Source: a virus (lineage: Duplodnaviria; Caudoviricetes). Taken from it: a stretch of 64,000 nucleotides of DNA. Both the position numbers and the translations under genes were made by a program. This document shows positions 1 through 15,300 of the stretch, piece after piece; within the stretch, counting starts at the first letter, position 1, and every line of letters starts with the position of its first letter. A model generated the notes under the pieces. The model saw only the letters and a list, made by a program, of their open reading frames with translations. It was not told where the DNA came from and ran no database searches. The DNA lies in the IMG/VR virus record IMGVR_UViG_3300028591_000191, positions 7,189 through 71,188 of that record. One strand, written 5' to 3'.

Positions 1-435
1 AAACAATCTATAACATTTAGGGACTTATATCGTACAATGCCAATAGAGGTTGATTACGGGCTCTACAAGCGCATATTAGAAGAAATGTGCAGAATTATAC
101 TAGACGCAATACTAAACAGCTCAGACGGCTTTAAAATGCCTTTTGGGCTAGGTTTTATACAGGTAGGAAAATATCTACCTAAAGCGCTTAATGATAAGTC
201 CCTATCTGTAGATTACAAAGCTAGTCGAGAATATGATAAACGAATATATCATTTGAATGAACATTCGAATGGGTATAAGTACAGATTGTACTGGTCTAAA
301 ATACCTCGCACATTCCCAGACAGATATAAATACCAACTATGTTTCGTAAGATAGAACAAGCGTAGACTAGCACAACTCATATTTAACAAACAAGACTATT
401 TGGATATAAATGATATACAATTATATAAAGTGTGA
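1..435 (+). CDS. crAss-like IHF/HU-family DNA-binding protein (5' partial; one in-frame TAG read as Gln)
   Basis: Frame open from base 1 (KQSITFRDLYRTMPIEV...). TAG at 352-354 continues as NKRRLAQLIFNKQDYL to TGA 433-435. The FKMPFGLGFIQV segment resembles the HU/IHF beta-arm, and the position before tail genes is typical of crAss-like phages. Confidence 0.6.
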
Positions 436-1348
436 ATCAGTCATGGCTAAGATTATGGCTGATTTAGATTCTACTGAAGTAAGGCATAGGACCTCAGACA
501 TCAGGGAATGGATATTCGAAGCCATAGATAAGATTGGTGCGCCGATGTAGTATATCAGTAAAGAATCAGGGGTAGATGGAACCCCAATATTTTCAATACA
601 GGATTATCAAGTCCCCATTCCAGCAGACCTTGTTGTATTAGACGGTCTAGCTTACTCTACTAAAGAGAATGGTCCTTGGATTCCTATGGTAAAGAGTACG
701 GCTCTGTTTAAGCAATAGAAACGCGTTAAGAGGCCTTCTTTTACTGGCACTGACGTACTTATCCACGACTTCGAAAATAAAGCCGTAGAGAGCCCAGAAA
801 GGTTCCCAGATCCAATTACTACCAGAGGTATTACATCACAGTCTCAGATGTACACTATCAATACAACAAAGTACATCAATAGAATGGCTGGTGATGAGAT
901 ATTACATCAGAAACCAGAGTACTTCATTAAACCTGGTTGGGTAGTAACAAACAAAGACAAAGGATATATTAAATTTGCTTACAAAGCTATAGCAACAGAC
1001 GAGAGAGGATATCCTTTGATTCCAGATTTAACATCATATCAGGAAGCTGTATATTGGTATGTAGTAATGAAATTAGCGTTCCCTAAGTTTATGTCTGGTA
1101 CACTTAGTGGTACAAGTTCTAAATACTCAGCTAAGTTCTCTAAGGATACATACTTCTACATCCAACAGCAATGGAACTTCTATAGAAACCAGGCTTATGC
1201 AGAAGCTATGATGCCTACAGCAGATGATATGAAGAATATAAAGAATGATTGGCACAAACTTATCCCAGACTATGAAGCCGACGATACATTCTTTAAAGAC
1301 ATAAATAAAGAACAGATAACCTATAACGACTACTATCATGGATATTAA
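410..1348 (+). CDS. Tail ring / tail tubular protein, 312 aa (TAG=Gln)
   Basis: ATG 410 overlaps the previous gene. In-frame TAG at 548 and 716 joins it to track ORF 848-1348; ends TAA. N-terminus MIYNYIKCESVMAKIMADL...IREWIFEAIDKIG recalls crAss ring proteins. Confidence 0.7.
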
Positions 1349-4300
1349 TAAAGACCAGTAGGTCAATACGTTCTTGAAAGGCATGAATACTGACCTATCT
1401 GACGCCTTGATAGATAATAGTCAGTATAGATATGCTGAGAATATCAGAGTAACAACTAATACAGATCACAATACTGGCGAGGCTAGACTTATAGAAGGTA
1501 ATACTAAGATAGCTGAGTTCCAGGGAAAACAAATAATATATATAAACTCTATACGTGACTACGTTGTAGTAATATGTGCACACACAATTACAATAAACAA
1601 TGAGGAAACAGAGTGTTGGAGTTTATATGTTAGCGATAACAAAGGAGAGGACTGGACACTTGTATTTGGTCCATGTACAGATACACTATGGGACAGTTTA
1701 GACACAGTGTCAATCTCAGGTGTAATGAGATTTGAATCTGAGAATAACATTAAGCTGTATCTTGCAGACGGTAAACATGTTATAATACCAATGTGGGTGG
1801 ACAAATCCCACTGGCCATCTGAAGTTCCTACAGAAATGGATACTCTCACAGGGTATCAAGATACATTCCTTCCTGCTCCTGTAGCTTCTATAAGTAACAA
1901 TGCAGGACACCTTAAACCAGCTAAGGTACAGTATATATACAGACTGTATAAGCGTGGAGGCGCTGCTACTACTCTGTCTCCTGTAGGTAACGTGTTATCT
2001 TTGTATAAGAATGATTCTGAAGGATATTCAGATAAAGAGCTTACAAATAAAGCTGTTACAGTACGAGTATATTTTGATGGCGGTACTACAGGATTAAATA
2101 GAATCCAACTGTTCAGAATTACTTACATGTACAATGGACAGACTCCTACTGTACAGAGAATCGAAGACAAGGAGATTGATCCTACACAAGAATACGTAGA
2201 TATAGAAGACTATGGAGATAGCCAAGAGGAGCTTGGTATAAGCGAATTACTTGGACTTACTCAGATGCAGATTAAACCTAAGATTATTGAGAGCAAGGGT
2301 GATATACTTTTTGCTGCTAATCTTAAGTATGTGCAGGATGATGTAGATAAGATGTTCGAAGGCTACGACACTCGTTCATTTAGCTCCGGTAACTATTGGA
2401 AATTAATATCTACGCCTCCTGCCTCTACTACAAAATATCAATGGGATTCTACAAGTTATGTATGGAGAGAAACACAAAACAATATAACTCTTGAAGAATA
2501 TCCTATAACATTCTCTGTTTCTCAGAACGGACTTATGTCCACATTAAATACCCCTCCAGCTCAAGCAGAACTGTGTCATAGGCAGTTTAATAGTCCAGAC
2601 TATACATATAACATTGATTATTGGCGTCCAATATCAGAAATATCTGATGGAACCTTTCCTGCGCCGTTCATTACAACAGAGATTGGTGGTAAGGGTCCAA
2701 ATATTAACTGGAGACTTGTAGAGGAAGACGTTGTAGTAAATCACAATGGTTGGGATGTAACACAACAGAGAAACTTCTATAAGTGTGACGAGACCTATCG
2801 ATTTGGTGCTATATTATACAACGATAAAAACCAAGCATCTTCTGTGAAATGGATTGCTGATATACGTATTCCACCTAGAAAGCCAAACGATTATACGTTT
2901 ACGTCAGAAGGTGTATGTACAGTAAAGATGTACAACATCAAGTTCTATATAAAGAATTTCCCAGATAACTGTAAAGCAATATAGATTGTACAATGCCCTA
3001 GACGTTTTGACGACAGGCACATTATTACACAGGGCATCGTATCAGCACCAATGAAGATGTCTAAGAGTACAGGAGAAACAAACTATATGTGTCCTTCTGG
3101 CATTATGTCACTCTAGTATATATACGCTAATAACGAAAACAGTGATATTTCTACAGAAACAGCATATATAAGAACTGCACAATCTGCTAGAGATACAATC
3201 TAGTTTGCTTCGCCTGAATACGCATACCAAGCTGACGATATAAAGAACGTAATGAGTACGTATAAGAGTCAGATATCGGTAGAACACGTAGCTGCATTTA
3301 CTACACCTGGAACATGGCAAACAGTAAGTAACATATCAGTTTCCGCTCCAGTATAGACTATAAGATCTACGAACAGTAAAAGCGATATAGGATTTAGATT
3401 TCGTAGAGTGTCTTATAATAATAAATTGTAGTTTTATGTTGATGTAAATACGTTGCAGGATGAAGTAGCTAGCGATGTACTAAATTCATCTGTAAACAGA
3501 AAATATGATGGATCCGCGTTAAAACGCGAAATTATTAATCAAGGGATAATAGGAAACGTTACAAATGAAGAATGGTTCTACGGATACACCGCTTTTAACA
3601 GAGTTTTGCCAAACGGCATTTTATACGACTCTGATGCAGTTATTACATATCCTTAGAACATAAGCGCAATAGGATATCCTACTGTACCTGATTGGAATAA
3701 ATTTGCAAACGGAGATAAAATTCGTTTTATGGATGACGTGACACCCGTTGGTACATATAGTTATATTAACTGGTCGTACCCGTTAGCCCTTGATCAAAGC
3801 GGATCATCTACTGGAGATATGGCTAGAACGCTTACCGATACTGGTATTACAGACAACAATAAGGGAAGATCTGCGTTCCTATATCCAGTAGGAACCGGCG
3901 GTAAATGTATGGTTATTAAGTTTGACAGTAATTTCTTATGCGGTGGACAGAATGCATCATACAGAATGCCTGCTACTTCAGGACAGTTTGCTCCAATACA
4001 CGTAGCTAATATAGTAAAACTATGCAATCCTTATGGTGGATATAGTAAACAGGCTATACAGAATAGTACATATTACAGTAGAGGCAATAATATAAACAAG
4101 TCTGACTTTGACGCTTATAAGAATCGTGAAGGTGCTGCTGCAACAGATATGTATGAGATAACCGCTACTGGAGGTGATTCTTACGTAGGATGGTTTAAGT
4201 ATAATGCCAACCATATGTGGTTTGACCCTACGTATGTTACAGCTACTAAGATGGCTTCTGTGTATGAAGTACCTCTTGATATGGACATAGATATATATGC

Positions 4301-5489
4301 TCAGTGTGGTAATCCTTATGACCCTTCTAATACTACGAATGGTTATTATATACAGGATGAACCCGCATCTATATCATACAGTGGTTACTCACAGGAGAAA
4401 CCTGCATATCAGTACAATACAGCATATAACCAAGATCCAAATGTAATTACATACTCTGCTATAGAACAAACAGACATATCTAACTACGATTGGGATGTAC
4501 GTATACACAATTCTGATGTTAAGACAAACGGAGAGAATATCGATAGCTGGCTTACATTCAAAGCTATGAACTACCTTGATGTAGATTCTAGACACGGAGA
4601 GATAACCAACCTTAAGTTGTTCAAAGATAGACTTATATTCTGGCAGAACAATGCTACTGGTATACTTAGCTCTAATGAACGTACTATGTTGAATGATTCT
4701 GACGGTAACCAGATTATCTTAGGTAATGGTGGTGTACTTCAGCGTTCAGATTATATCTCTACTATGTATGGTATGAAGCCTAAGCAGTTTGTTACTACTC
4801 AATCTAATACTACATTATACTGGTGGGATGGAAGTGATAAAGAGATTCTTGCATACAGTGAGAATGGCATACTTCCTCTTGCGTCGTTAAAGGGTATTAG
4901 AAACTACCTTAATGAACACGACGAGAATAGTCATCCTTATATGTTCTATGACACACAGAACAAGGAGCTTGTATCAAGCGTAGTAAATGATGAAAGTGTA
5001 GTATATAGCGAACAAATAGAAGCATTCTCTTCTATATACAAATTTATGCCATTGTACGGAACAAATCTAACTACTGATATATTAACAACAACTACAGATA
5101 GTGTATATAAGTAGTGGAGCGATGCTCAGAATGCTCAGTTGTTTGGTGAGAATATATATCCAAAGATACAGTATGTTGTAAATAGTCAGAATATGTTCCC
5201 TAAGGTATTTGATATACAGACGTTCGGAGGTAGATTCTATGGTGGAGACGACATTCATAATCTTCACTTTGATTATAAGACACCTCTTAAACAACATAGT
5301 GAATGTACTGGTACTGCTGTTACTAATAGAGAGTATGACTTTAGATTGGACATCCCAAGAAACAACAACGATTCATACGGAGGTCGTATGAGAGGAAAGA
5401 CTATGCAGTGTGAGCTTAGTTCTACTAATAACTCTACAGACTTCTCAATACAGTATATTACAACTAAATACAGAATGTCATGGAGTTAA
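1338..5489 (+). CDS. Tail muzzle / stabilisation protein (P22 gp10-like), 1383 aa (TAG=Gln)
   Basis: ATG 1338; track ORFs 1374, 3453, 3729 and 5139 are one frame separated only by 8 TAGs; ends TAA. Motifs NTFLKGMNTD, RFESENNIKLYLADG, FKAMNYLDVDSRHGEITNL and RMRGK are characteristic of this family. Confidence 0.8.
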
Positions 5490-7480
5490 AAGAACTAAAA
5501 CAAATAAACAACGGAATGATACCTGCGGAGAAACCTACTATAGAAGAAAAGGTTGCTTCAGGAATAGGTGTAGAAGGTACTACTGGATAGTCTACTCTGG
5601 CAGATAGAAAGTATATCAAAAATCTACCTAAGTTTGCCGATGGTGTAAACGTAAATCCAAACGGAATATCCTCTGGACATTACAATTTTGCTGGTAGAAC
5701 AAGTGCCTCATCTTAGCTTGCCAGTGGTCCTACTAAAATACCAAATAATCTTCCTACATCTAGCGGTGGAGGCACTAATCTTGGTAAAACTCTAAGTAAC
5801 GTTGCTAGTGCTGCAGTTCCTTATGCAGGAGCTTTAATGTAGAATGCAACAGCTGCAGTTGATTTTGTTAGTAGTATTGGTTCTGCTGGTAAGTTTAATA
5901 AATCTGCAGATGACTTACTACAAGAAGCTGGTGGAGCAGAGGGTAATATTGGAGGTGTGTCTTATCAAACACAAAACGAGATAAACGCTCAAGGAGTGTC
6001 TGCACAAACAAGTGCAGAGAATAAGGCTAACACTGTCGGTCTGATGGGTAAAGGAGCTGCTCTTGGCGCTTCTTTAGGTATGGTTGCAGGACCAGTAGGA
6101 AGTCTTGTAGGAGGCGCTGTAGGCGCTATCGGAGGTCTTGTGGGAGGATTGTTCGGTAGTTCTAAGAGAAAGCGTGAGATGCGCCGCAGAATAGCTGAAG
6201 CACAAGACAAAGCGTTACGACAGAATGATTTCTCAAGAAATGGAGCTCTTACTTCTGTATTACAGTAGAACTATGCCAGGGAGTACGGAGATACAGAATC
6301 TCAGTCTTTATACGGATTTAAAGATGGCATATTACCTGGGTTTGTAAATGGATTTACTCCTAATTGTAAATTATCAAATGGAGAGCATGTAATATTGCAC
6401 GACCCAATTGGAAATCCTATTGCAGATATACCTGTTGGACGCGGAAGAGATAATAAAGATACATTAAAAGCTTTTATTCCTAATAACGCTTCAGTTATAA
6501 CAAACAAAAACGGAGCTACAGAATATTTAGAAAGAACAGGCGACATTAATGGAGCCGAATATTTAACAGCTATGAATATATAGAACAAGAAATATAAGAA
6601 CGGTAAGTTGCCTGGATTTAGCGGAGGTAAATGGGGTGTTCCAGAATGGGCAAACTTGACTGGTAATTTAATACCATTTATTGCAACTGACATTGAATAT
6701 AATAAAGCTAAATCATAGCCACTTGGCAGTTATACAGCAACTCATTCAAATCCTAACGCTAGTATAGCTAGCAACATGATGTCGCAAAGACGATATAATC
6801 CATATCAATCATATAGAGACGTATGGGATTTGTATGCAAAAAACAATTACGCTAGCAAAAATAACGGTTTAAGTTCTTCGCAGCGTAATTTATTGCGTAC
6901 AACTAATTATGCAAACACTCTCAACAACATCTTCAAGATAAATGATCACGCTCAGCAGATGAACAATCAATATCTTGGAGAGAATGCTGAGTTCTTAGAT
7001 AATCAAGGACGATTTAATACTCAGCTCAGACAGACAGACGATATTAAGCATTATGATACTTATACACAATCTCATGGAGCATAGAGTGAAATATTAAGCA
7101 AACTTTCTGCACAAAAGTGGAATATTTTTCAGAATTTTTTCAAAGGTGTTGCTGATCTTGATCTTTACAACTATATGAAGAATATGTTTGATGCAGATAG
7201 AAATGCAGATAACGCTAATCGTGCAGCAAAATATAAATTAAATCAGCCTGCTGTTGTAAAGAACCCAGATATATATAATTATAATCTTGGAATCCCGGCT
7301 TCGTCTAAGTATGAGCAAGCTATTGCAAGTAATCTTGCAAAGCATTTCCAGCAACCTGCAGCACAATCGTTGGAAGAAAAACTTCTTATTCCAGATTTGC
7401 CAATGTTCAATTTCTCAGCAAATATGTTTAAGAAGGGTTCTGTTAGTCGTAGAGCTGCTAAGAAAGGAGGCCGTAAATGA
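5480..7480 (+). CDS. Virion cargo/ejection protein with glycine zipper, 666 aa (TAG=Gln)
   Basis: ATG 5480; one frame through track ORFs 5957, 6395, 6776 and 7175 with 7 TAGs; ends TGA. Contains GAALGASLGMVAGPVGSLVGGAVGAIGGLVGGLFG; follows the muzzle gene. Confidence 0.7.
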
Positions 7481-9378
7481 TATACGGAGCAGATAGAATA
7501 GTACAGATGCCGGTGATGCAGCTGTACGATACAGGATTGATGTAGCAAGCTGTATAGAATGCTCGTTACATGTATGATAAGGCTGAGAAGAGGATGGATG
7601 ACTTCTATAAAGAATATGACAACTTTGTAACACCCATTCAGAAAGACCAAGATTGGTATAACGAAAACGTTATAGGTAGATTCCGTAGAGGTATCGATGA
7701 ACTCTATGCTAATGGAGAGGATCCTCTAAGAACAGCTACTGGTAGAGCTAAGCTTGCACAACTTGCTAGAAGTATAGACGTAGGTGCTGTAAATAAGCTT
7801 AGAACTAGTTCCCAGAATGCAACAGAGTTCTTGAGAGAACGTTCTAAACTCGAGGCTGCCGGTTTATATAATCCCCTGCTTGCTAAATACGATGGTCCAG
7901 ACATTAACTCTTACAGTACACTAGAGTCTGGAGCGTGGGATAAAATGAGTCCTACTAGAATTGTAGATATGGCCACGTTTGGTAATCCTTATTTCGAGGG
8001 AATGAAACCTAATGTACACAAGGCTAGTAAGAATGGAGTTAGCTATAGCATAGAGAAGATTGATGAAAACGATCTTAGAAATATAGCTGATGCTCATTAT
8101 AATGAACTGGTAAGTACTCCGCAAGGCCAACTTATGTACAAATATTATGTAGATATGGCTGGTGGAGATCGCGATGTAGCTCGTCAAATGTTTAATAATG
8201 CTATCGTAGATGGTCAACGTAGACGTATATATCAGAAGGATGACTTTGATGATCAGTGGGATAAACATCAACAAATAGCACAAGGTTGGGCTAGAATTAA
8301 TCAAAGTGCACAACAATTACAGCTTGAAAAGGATAAGTGGAATTTTGAAAAAAGTTTGTACGGAAATCAAAACACTGATATACCTACTGCAGGAGCATCT
8401 GACCAAGTGGCTATTGACCAAGATAAACAGTACAATAAAGTAAAAGCTAATTACTAGAAGAAGATAAGAGATAATGAGAAAAATTCTTATAATGCATTAT
8501 CTGAAAACAAAACTACTTCTAGAGAAGGAAGACTTATAAAGACACGCAGAACAGGAGAAAGAGTGGCTGCAGATAATTATAAGAAAGCTTGGCAAGTTAT
8601 TCAGAATTCAAACGCATCGAAAGAAGAGAAAGATAAAGCAAGAGATTTTGTTTCTAAATGGGACAAAAATGGTTCTGATAAATTTAAAAAGTGGGCAAGC
8701 GATTATAAATTATCTGTCGACAAGACGGCAGTAAATACGTATTTGTCCTCAATAAGCAGTCCTGATTATTATGGAAAAGAACAGCCTGAATTAAATTTAT
8801 ATAACAAGGCTCATCAAGCTTTCGAGCGACAAAACATTTTGACAAATTCTGTTGATACTGGTATACAAAAAGATGTAAATACATCCTTAGCTTTAGTTGA
8901 TGACGGAAACGGAAATTAGATTGGAAATGTTACGAAAGACACAGACTATGCTCCAATTATTGAAGCAGCTGTTACTGGAAACAGGCGTTATAAACATAAT
9001 TCTGATATAAATAAGATAAATAGATTAATAAAAGGAAAGTCTTATAAAATAACTTCTCAAAATATAACAGGAAGAGGATACGGAAGTGGATCTATAGGCG
9101 ATACTAGGTATAACATGGTTAGACAGCTTGCAACGTTTGACGATCCAGATGTAATACAAACGTTAACCAATAATTATACTTCTGAAGGCCTTGCTTCTAT
9201 AGGAATAACAAAAAATAGTGATGGTTCTTATAACATTCCTATTATATCTAAGTATTCTAAAGGTAGCCAAACTTGGGCAGACGTAAATACAGAAACTGAC
9301 AAACGAGTAGGCGGATAGTCTGAAGCTACAAAACATAGAGCAACAAGACAGGCTAGATCTTTAATATCTAATATATAA
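7477..9378 (+). CDS. Putative virion cargo/ejection protein, 633 aa (TAG=Gln)
   Basis: ATGA overlap with the previous stop; one frame through track ORFs 7570, 8563 and 9115 with 5 TAGs; ends TAA 9376-9378. Confidence 0.7.
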
Positions 9379-9393
9379 TAATACTTAATTATT

Positions 9394-12300
9394 ATGTCAA
9401 AAAAGATACGTAAACCGAGTACTAATAAAGCTAAGTACTCGTATGATCCGTAGGCAGAACAAGGTTATGCTATTTTGCGTAACCTTGACTCTGTTTTGGA
9501 CATTGGCACAGCGATATAGTCGCACGATCAACACATGACAGGGTTGATTGATTCTAAAGCAGCGCAATATTGGCGCGAGAATGCCGAGGAGCTTGAATGG
9601 GAAAATAAAAAAGAGGCGGACAGAAAAGCCACAGAAGATAGATATTCTGACTATTCTATGCCGTCTGCGATGGGTGGTTAGAATGCTTTGACAACTTTTA
9701 TGGAAAGTGTCGGTGGAGCATATAATCATGTAAAAAACCGTGACATTCCAAACATGCCAAACGACTATGGGATGTCAAACTTCTTAAAAGACCAGTGGAA
9801 CTCATTCTTTGGCGAAATGAATACTCTTCAAGCCGAAGATGCTAAAGGCTATCAAATAAGAGCTCTTAATGATAAAGAGTTGATAGGTGTATATAAGAGG
9901 TCGTTAGATTTGTTGGATCAAATAGATCAAGCTGACGGTCAGATTCAGTATATAGATCAGCAGTTAGCTCAAACAAATTTAACACAAGACCAACGTAATC
10001 AGCTGAGAGCAAAGTCTTCTGAGTTGAAAGCCGCTCGAACTAAAATGCAGGTTGAGTATGATAACTATGCAGATCAGAGAAAGATGCTCGAAGATACTGT
10101 TAGAACAGGAGGTATTAAGCGAGGTTGGAATGATCTGATGGCCGGCAATGGTATATTTGGAAGTGACGCTTGGTGGAATCTTCCAGGTAAAACAACGGCC
10201 GCACACGATGAACTTAATGATGCTCGTAGATTTATATACGACCTTGGTAACGGCAAGAGAAGTCGTAAAGAAACTCGCCAAATGTTGGATAGAGCTCTTA
10301 GTGAATACGATAGACTCGAAGAAGGATGGAAAGCTGTTATAGATGAGAACGAAAAAGATGCTAAGTATCACAAAGATAAGATAAGCTCTTGGTTCCAAGG
10401 TAGAGCAGACAAAACACAGATTGCTTTTACGGATCCAGATACATATCTATTTAAGATGCCAGGTATTATAGGAGGCTCTGCAAGTTCTTATATGAAGCAA
10501 GCACCTGCTATGATTTCTAGTATTCTTGGAGGTCTTGTTGCTGGTGCAACTACTGGTGGCGCAGCATGGCTTGCAGCTGGAGGTGGTGCACTTGGTTCAT
10601 TTATGATGAACTATGGAGCAGGTGTATCTGAGAACAATGCTGAAGTTGCACTCGCTGCCAAAGAGCGCATTAAAGCAAGAACTGGTCTTGAAGATAAAGA
10701 TATCGAAGATCTTGTTGCTGGAAAGATGCACGATCCTGCAAAACTTCGTAAAATAACAGAAAATATAACAGATGTAGAAAATCTGTTCAATAAAGATATG
10801 GCAGCTACTACATGGGACGCTGCTGTAGACGCAATGCTTGGCGCAGTTCCCATAGGAGGAATGGCCAAGTTAAATTCGTATGTAAGAGGAAGTAAAGCTT
10901 GGCGTAAAGCCCTAAGAAATCCTGCTATTAGATCCGCACTTCGTAGTAAATATGGAGAGACTCTCGTTGATGATTTTGCTAAAGGATTTGAAGTGGGTGG
11001 TCTTGCAAGTCCTCTTGCTGGAGTTGCCACCGGTGTGGCTAATGCTACAGTAGGAAGAGCTGCTAAGAAGGGAGCTGAAAGTCTCGGTAATCTTATTATA
11101 AGACATTCTGACGATACATATCTTGGATCATTAGGAAAGGCTCTTGGTAAACGTATGACAATGATGGCGAAAGCATCCGAGAAGCTTGCTCCAGATTTGG
11201 ACGATTTAACCAAGGTTACAAAAAAAGGTCTTAATTCAAGATACATGAAGGGTCTTGGTGGACGTCTTATAAAGTCTGCTATATCCGAAGGTATTGAAGA
11301 GGGTAAGCAACACGTAAATGCTGAAGAGTTTAAGAATTCATTTGATGATCCAAAACTCATGGATACAATGGATGTTGCATTTACAGACATGGTCAATGGA
11401 TTGACTATGGGAGCTTACGTTCTCGGTATTCCTTTAGATGGTCTTGGCATAATCAATATTAAAGATCAAGATTTGTTGCAAGAGATTAAAGGCGGTATGC
11501 TCGGTGGTTGGGGCCAGACAGGAATGGTTACTGTTGCTCAAAGTACGGCTCCGTACATCAGAGAAAGAAGGGCTCTTGATATTGCAGTAGAGCAACTTCA
11601 AAACAATAAACTTGCAGCTACTGCTCAAAAACAACAATATAAGTCTTGGTTGTAGAGAGGGTTATTCAAGCCTAACGAAAACGATGTAAAAAGAGCATTT
11701 GATATGCTTCGTGAACAAAACGATAAATACGGCGAAACATATCATGAAACTGCAGTTCCATCAGAACTTATAGATGAAGCAGAGAAGAAGTATAATTGGC
11801 TGATGCAGCTTGCTCAGAGACCTGAGACAAAACAGGCAGCTCAAGACAATGGTATAAATGTACGTTCTTGGAAAAATCCTGCAAGTTGGAGATCTAATGC
11901 TCAATACCACGATTTCGTAGCTACTACAGCAGTTGCTTTAGACAAACTCTCAGACATAAAACAACATGCTGCTGAATCTATAAAGAATGTAATAGATACT
12001 GAACAAAAAGTAGAATCTAGACTTGCTGTGAACAATGACGGTTTACAGGAGGTATTAGAGTATTTGCAAGCAGACGAGGGCTCTGAAAAGAGACAAAACG
12101 GTCTTGGTACAGTTACAGGCGAAGGTTGGAGAGCAGAACAACAAACTCCATTCGAAAAAGCAACAGACAGTATATTACAAGAAGGCGAAAACGATGCAAG
12201 ATATACAAAAGTAATAGCGCAACTTGCTGCCTTATTGAAATATAGAGATCAAATAGAAAGTGGTCTAAGCGCAAATAAAAATGTAAGATTCTAGAAAGTT

Positions 12301-15300
12301 CGTAGAGGATTAAAGGAGCACCTAGATAGAGTAAATAAGCAGATAGATGATCTAATAAAAACAAATGAAGATGATCTAGTACACAAGTTTGCTTTCGCAG
12401 TACAAGGCCAGACATCCGACGGAAAAGGTTTGTCTAATTATGTAAACAGCAAACAACATATACGAACTCTTGCAGACGTAGAAAACCATCTTGTATACAA
12501 CCAGGAAGAGCACGATATGCTCGTAGACGCTTACCTGGAGAATTTAAAATGGCAGGATGAATACGACAGTGCTAAAAAATCTCTAGAAAATTTCCTTGGA
12601 AAAGAATATAAAGACGAAAATGGAGATGTTCATTTTAAAGGCGGAAACGCAGTCAAAGTTCTTGAAGAAATAAAGAACAACGAAGATGCCGACGATGCAT
12701 TTGAACAAGCCGTCGAACAACATTTCTAGGAAGGTTTAAAAGCTGAACATCTGAAGGAAGAAAACGGGTGGGAGAATCCACAAATATATCCTGATACAAG
12801 AGAAAAAAATCCAGTATTGGACGCAAACGGAGATCAAATACAAGTTACATACGACGAACAAGGTCGTATGAACAGGCGTTTAGCAGATAATGAGACTGTT
12901 GACGATCTTGGGTTTGTATGGGAGTATAAAGACAATAAACCAGATTTTACAATAAATCGTATCAATCAAAACGCTCCTACTCCTGAAGATAATGCTGAAC
13001 ACGATAGAAGAATATTCAGAGAAACTTTTGCGAGCATTCAAGACGAGCAATTACCTCTTACTCCAGAAGGAATGGTGGAACGTCGTCAGAGATCGTTGTT
13101 TGAAGCAGCTAGAATGGAAGGATTATGGCCAGATCAAAAGAAAATTGTTGTCACTCCAGTAAGCGGAGCTGATCCAGACCATAAACATCTTGTTGAAAGT
13201 TATTATGAAACTCGTAATCGTCTTGTTCCGCCTTCTACAACACAACCTGTGATAGAAGTGCAACCAGAAAATCCTATAGTAAATCCATAGGATGAAGTTA
13301 TAGACAAGATTGAACGTATATATACCGAAGATAAAGAAAAGATACAAAACGATCCCAGTGGTTATCATACAACAAGTCAAGACTACTTTATAGAGCAGGA
13401 TGGTAAGATAATAAGAGCTTCTCGTGTACACAACGTAAAACCAGAATCGTATATTCAGGAAGATTAGAAGAAAGAAGTTGAAGATATATATCAGCATCTT
13501 GTCAATCAACCTAATTTAGAGCAGTTTTCAAATGAATACTCTCTTATCGCGACACATCCTTCTATATACGATGTTACAGAACGTGATGATTTTGATGGAA
13601 ATGTTGTTATCAAGTATATCGAAGACAACGCTGATGTATTCTTTGGTAATACTACATCAGAGAGTCGAAAAGAATTTGAAACAACTGTAAGACATTTGGC
13701 GCAGATTCTTGTAGATGCAAACAAAACTAAATCTTCTTCTGTTCTTGTAGGTAATATTGTTGACGAACTTGCTAGAAATTTCTTTAGCTCAGATATACTA
13801 TATAATAAGACTACTCAAAGTGGCGGAATAGAATGGTTATTCGACAAAATAAATGAGAATGACGGTAGAACGTATAGAGAGTTATATAGAAACAATATTA
13901 ATGCGTTTACAACACTCATTAAAGAATTGTAGTCACAATACAAATATTACGTCGATACGTTAGGTTGGAAATTATCTACTCTTCCATTTACTGTTCGAAA
14001 TCAATTTGATGATTTAGGTTGGGTTGCTGGTCAAACTGACATGATTGCTGTAGATAAAAACGGCAAAATTCATATCATAGACTTTAAAACATCTAAGTAT
14101 ACATTTGAAAGTGAGTATGTAGCAACAGATAGGGCTATACGACTTACAAACGAGTATGCTAGTCAATTGAAGTCTCTTACAGAGAAAGATTTCTCTGGAG
14201 ATAGAAGCATCAAAGCAAAACGTATATTGCGCTTTATAAAGAGCGACGGTAATAAAAATATAGACCTTAAGTGGATTCCTGAAAAGAGGGATAAAAACAA
14301 CAATGTCATATAGAGCGGACATGCTGCCATTGTAGAGAAGAGAAAACCATTCTTCAGTACTCCAAACAAACAGTATGGTCAAGAATTGTCTGCATATGAA
14401 GATTACAGCAATCAGCTTACTGCATACGCTGAAATGCTTAAGGCTAATGGATTTGACGTTTCCTCTATAGAGGTTCTTCCTTTTAAGGTTTCGTACGATT
14501 ATGATTTTACTGAACCTGGAAAAGGTATCGTAAACATAACAATGCAGTCTAGAATGCCACTTATGTTAAGTAGTAAGATGAAGACTATTCTCGATGGTGT
14601 TGAAACTAGAGATCAACAAGCCGTACGAATAGCTCAAGAAAACTTACATAACAATATAGGTCATCTTCAATACAAGTTAGATCAAATAACTGAAAAAATA
14701 TCAGACGATATATTTAATGAGTTATCAGAACAAGGAAAACTCATATACTCTGACTTTATATCTGAAGCAAAGAATGTGTTGGTAAGTGCAGAACAAGCCT
14801 TATACGATAGAAAATCTGAAGATATAGACGAGTTAAATGCTCAAAATGACACTGTAGACGACGTTTTAAGCCGTTTTGACGAGGTTTTAAAGGACTTGCG
14901 GGCAGATTATAAGCAGGCTATGGCAAAGGCTGCTGAGCAGGCTATAAATGAGGCTAAACGAGACCAGCAAGATAAGCGAGTATCTAAGCAAGACTCAGAA
15001 GAGGTGGCTGGAGTTATTCCTGCTACTAATAAAAGAGATAGTGCTGGAAATACTAGCCATTCTAATTTAAATTATAGAAGGGTTACTGGTGATCCCGAAT
15101 TGAGTCGAGCTACATTGGCTCCAAACTTTATAGACGAATCTGACATACGCCTATACGTAGAGGGTGATGAAATCTATGCGGATATACAGTTTGAGGGACA
15201 TGTATGGCAACGTGTACCTATTGATTCTAAATATCAAACTATTGGAGGCCCAACATGGATTCCTAATAGTAAGAAGTTGTACGATGATATTGTAAGACTT

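Noticed and set aside
10611-11396. Long antisense ORFs such as 10611-11396 (-), 53370-53948 (+) and 49229-49732 (+)
   Set aside because: They lie opposite well-supported genes and have shadow-like Ser/Leu-rich composition.
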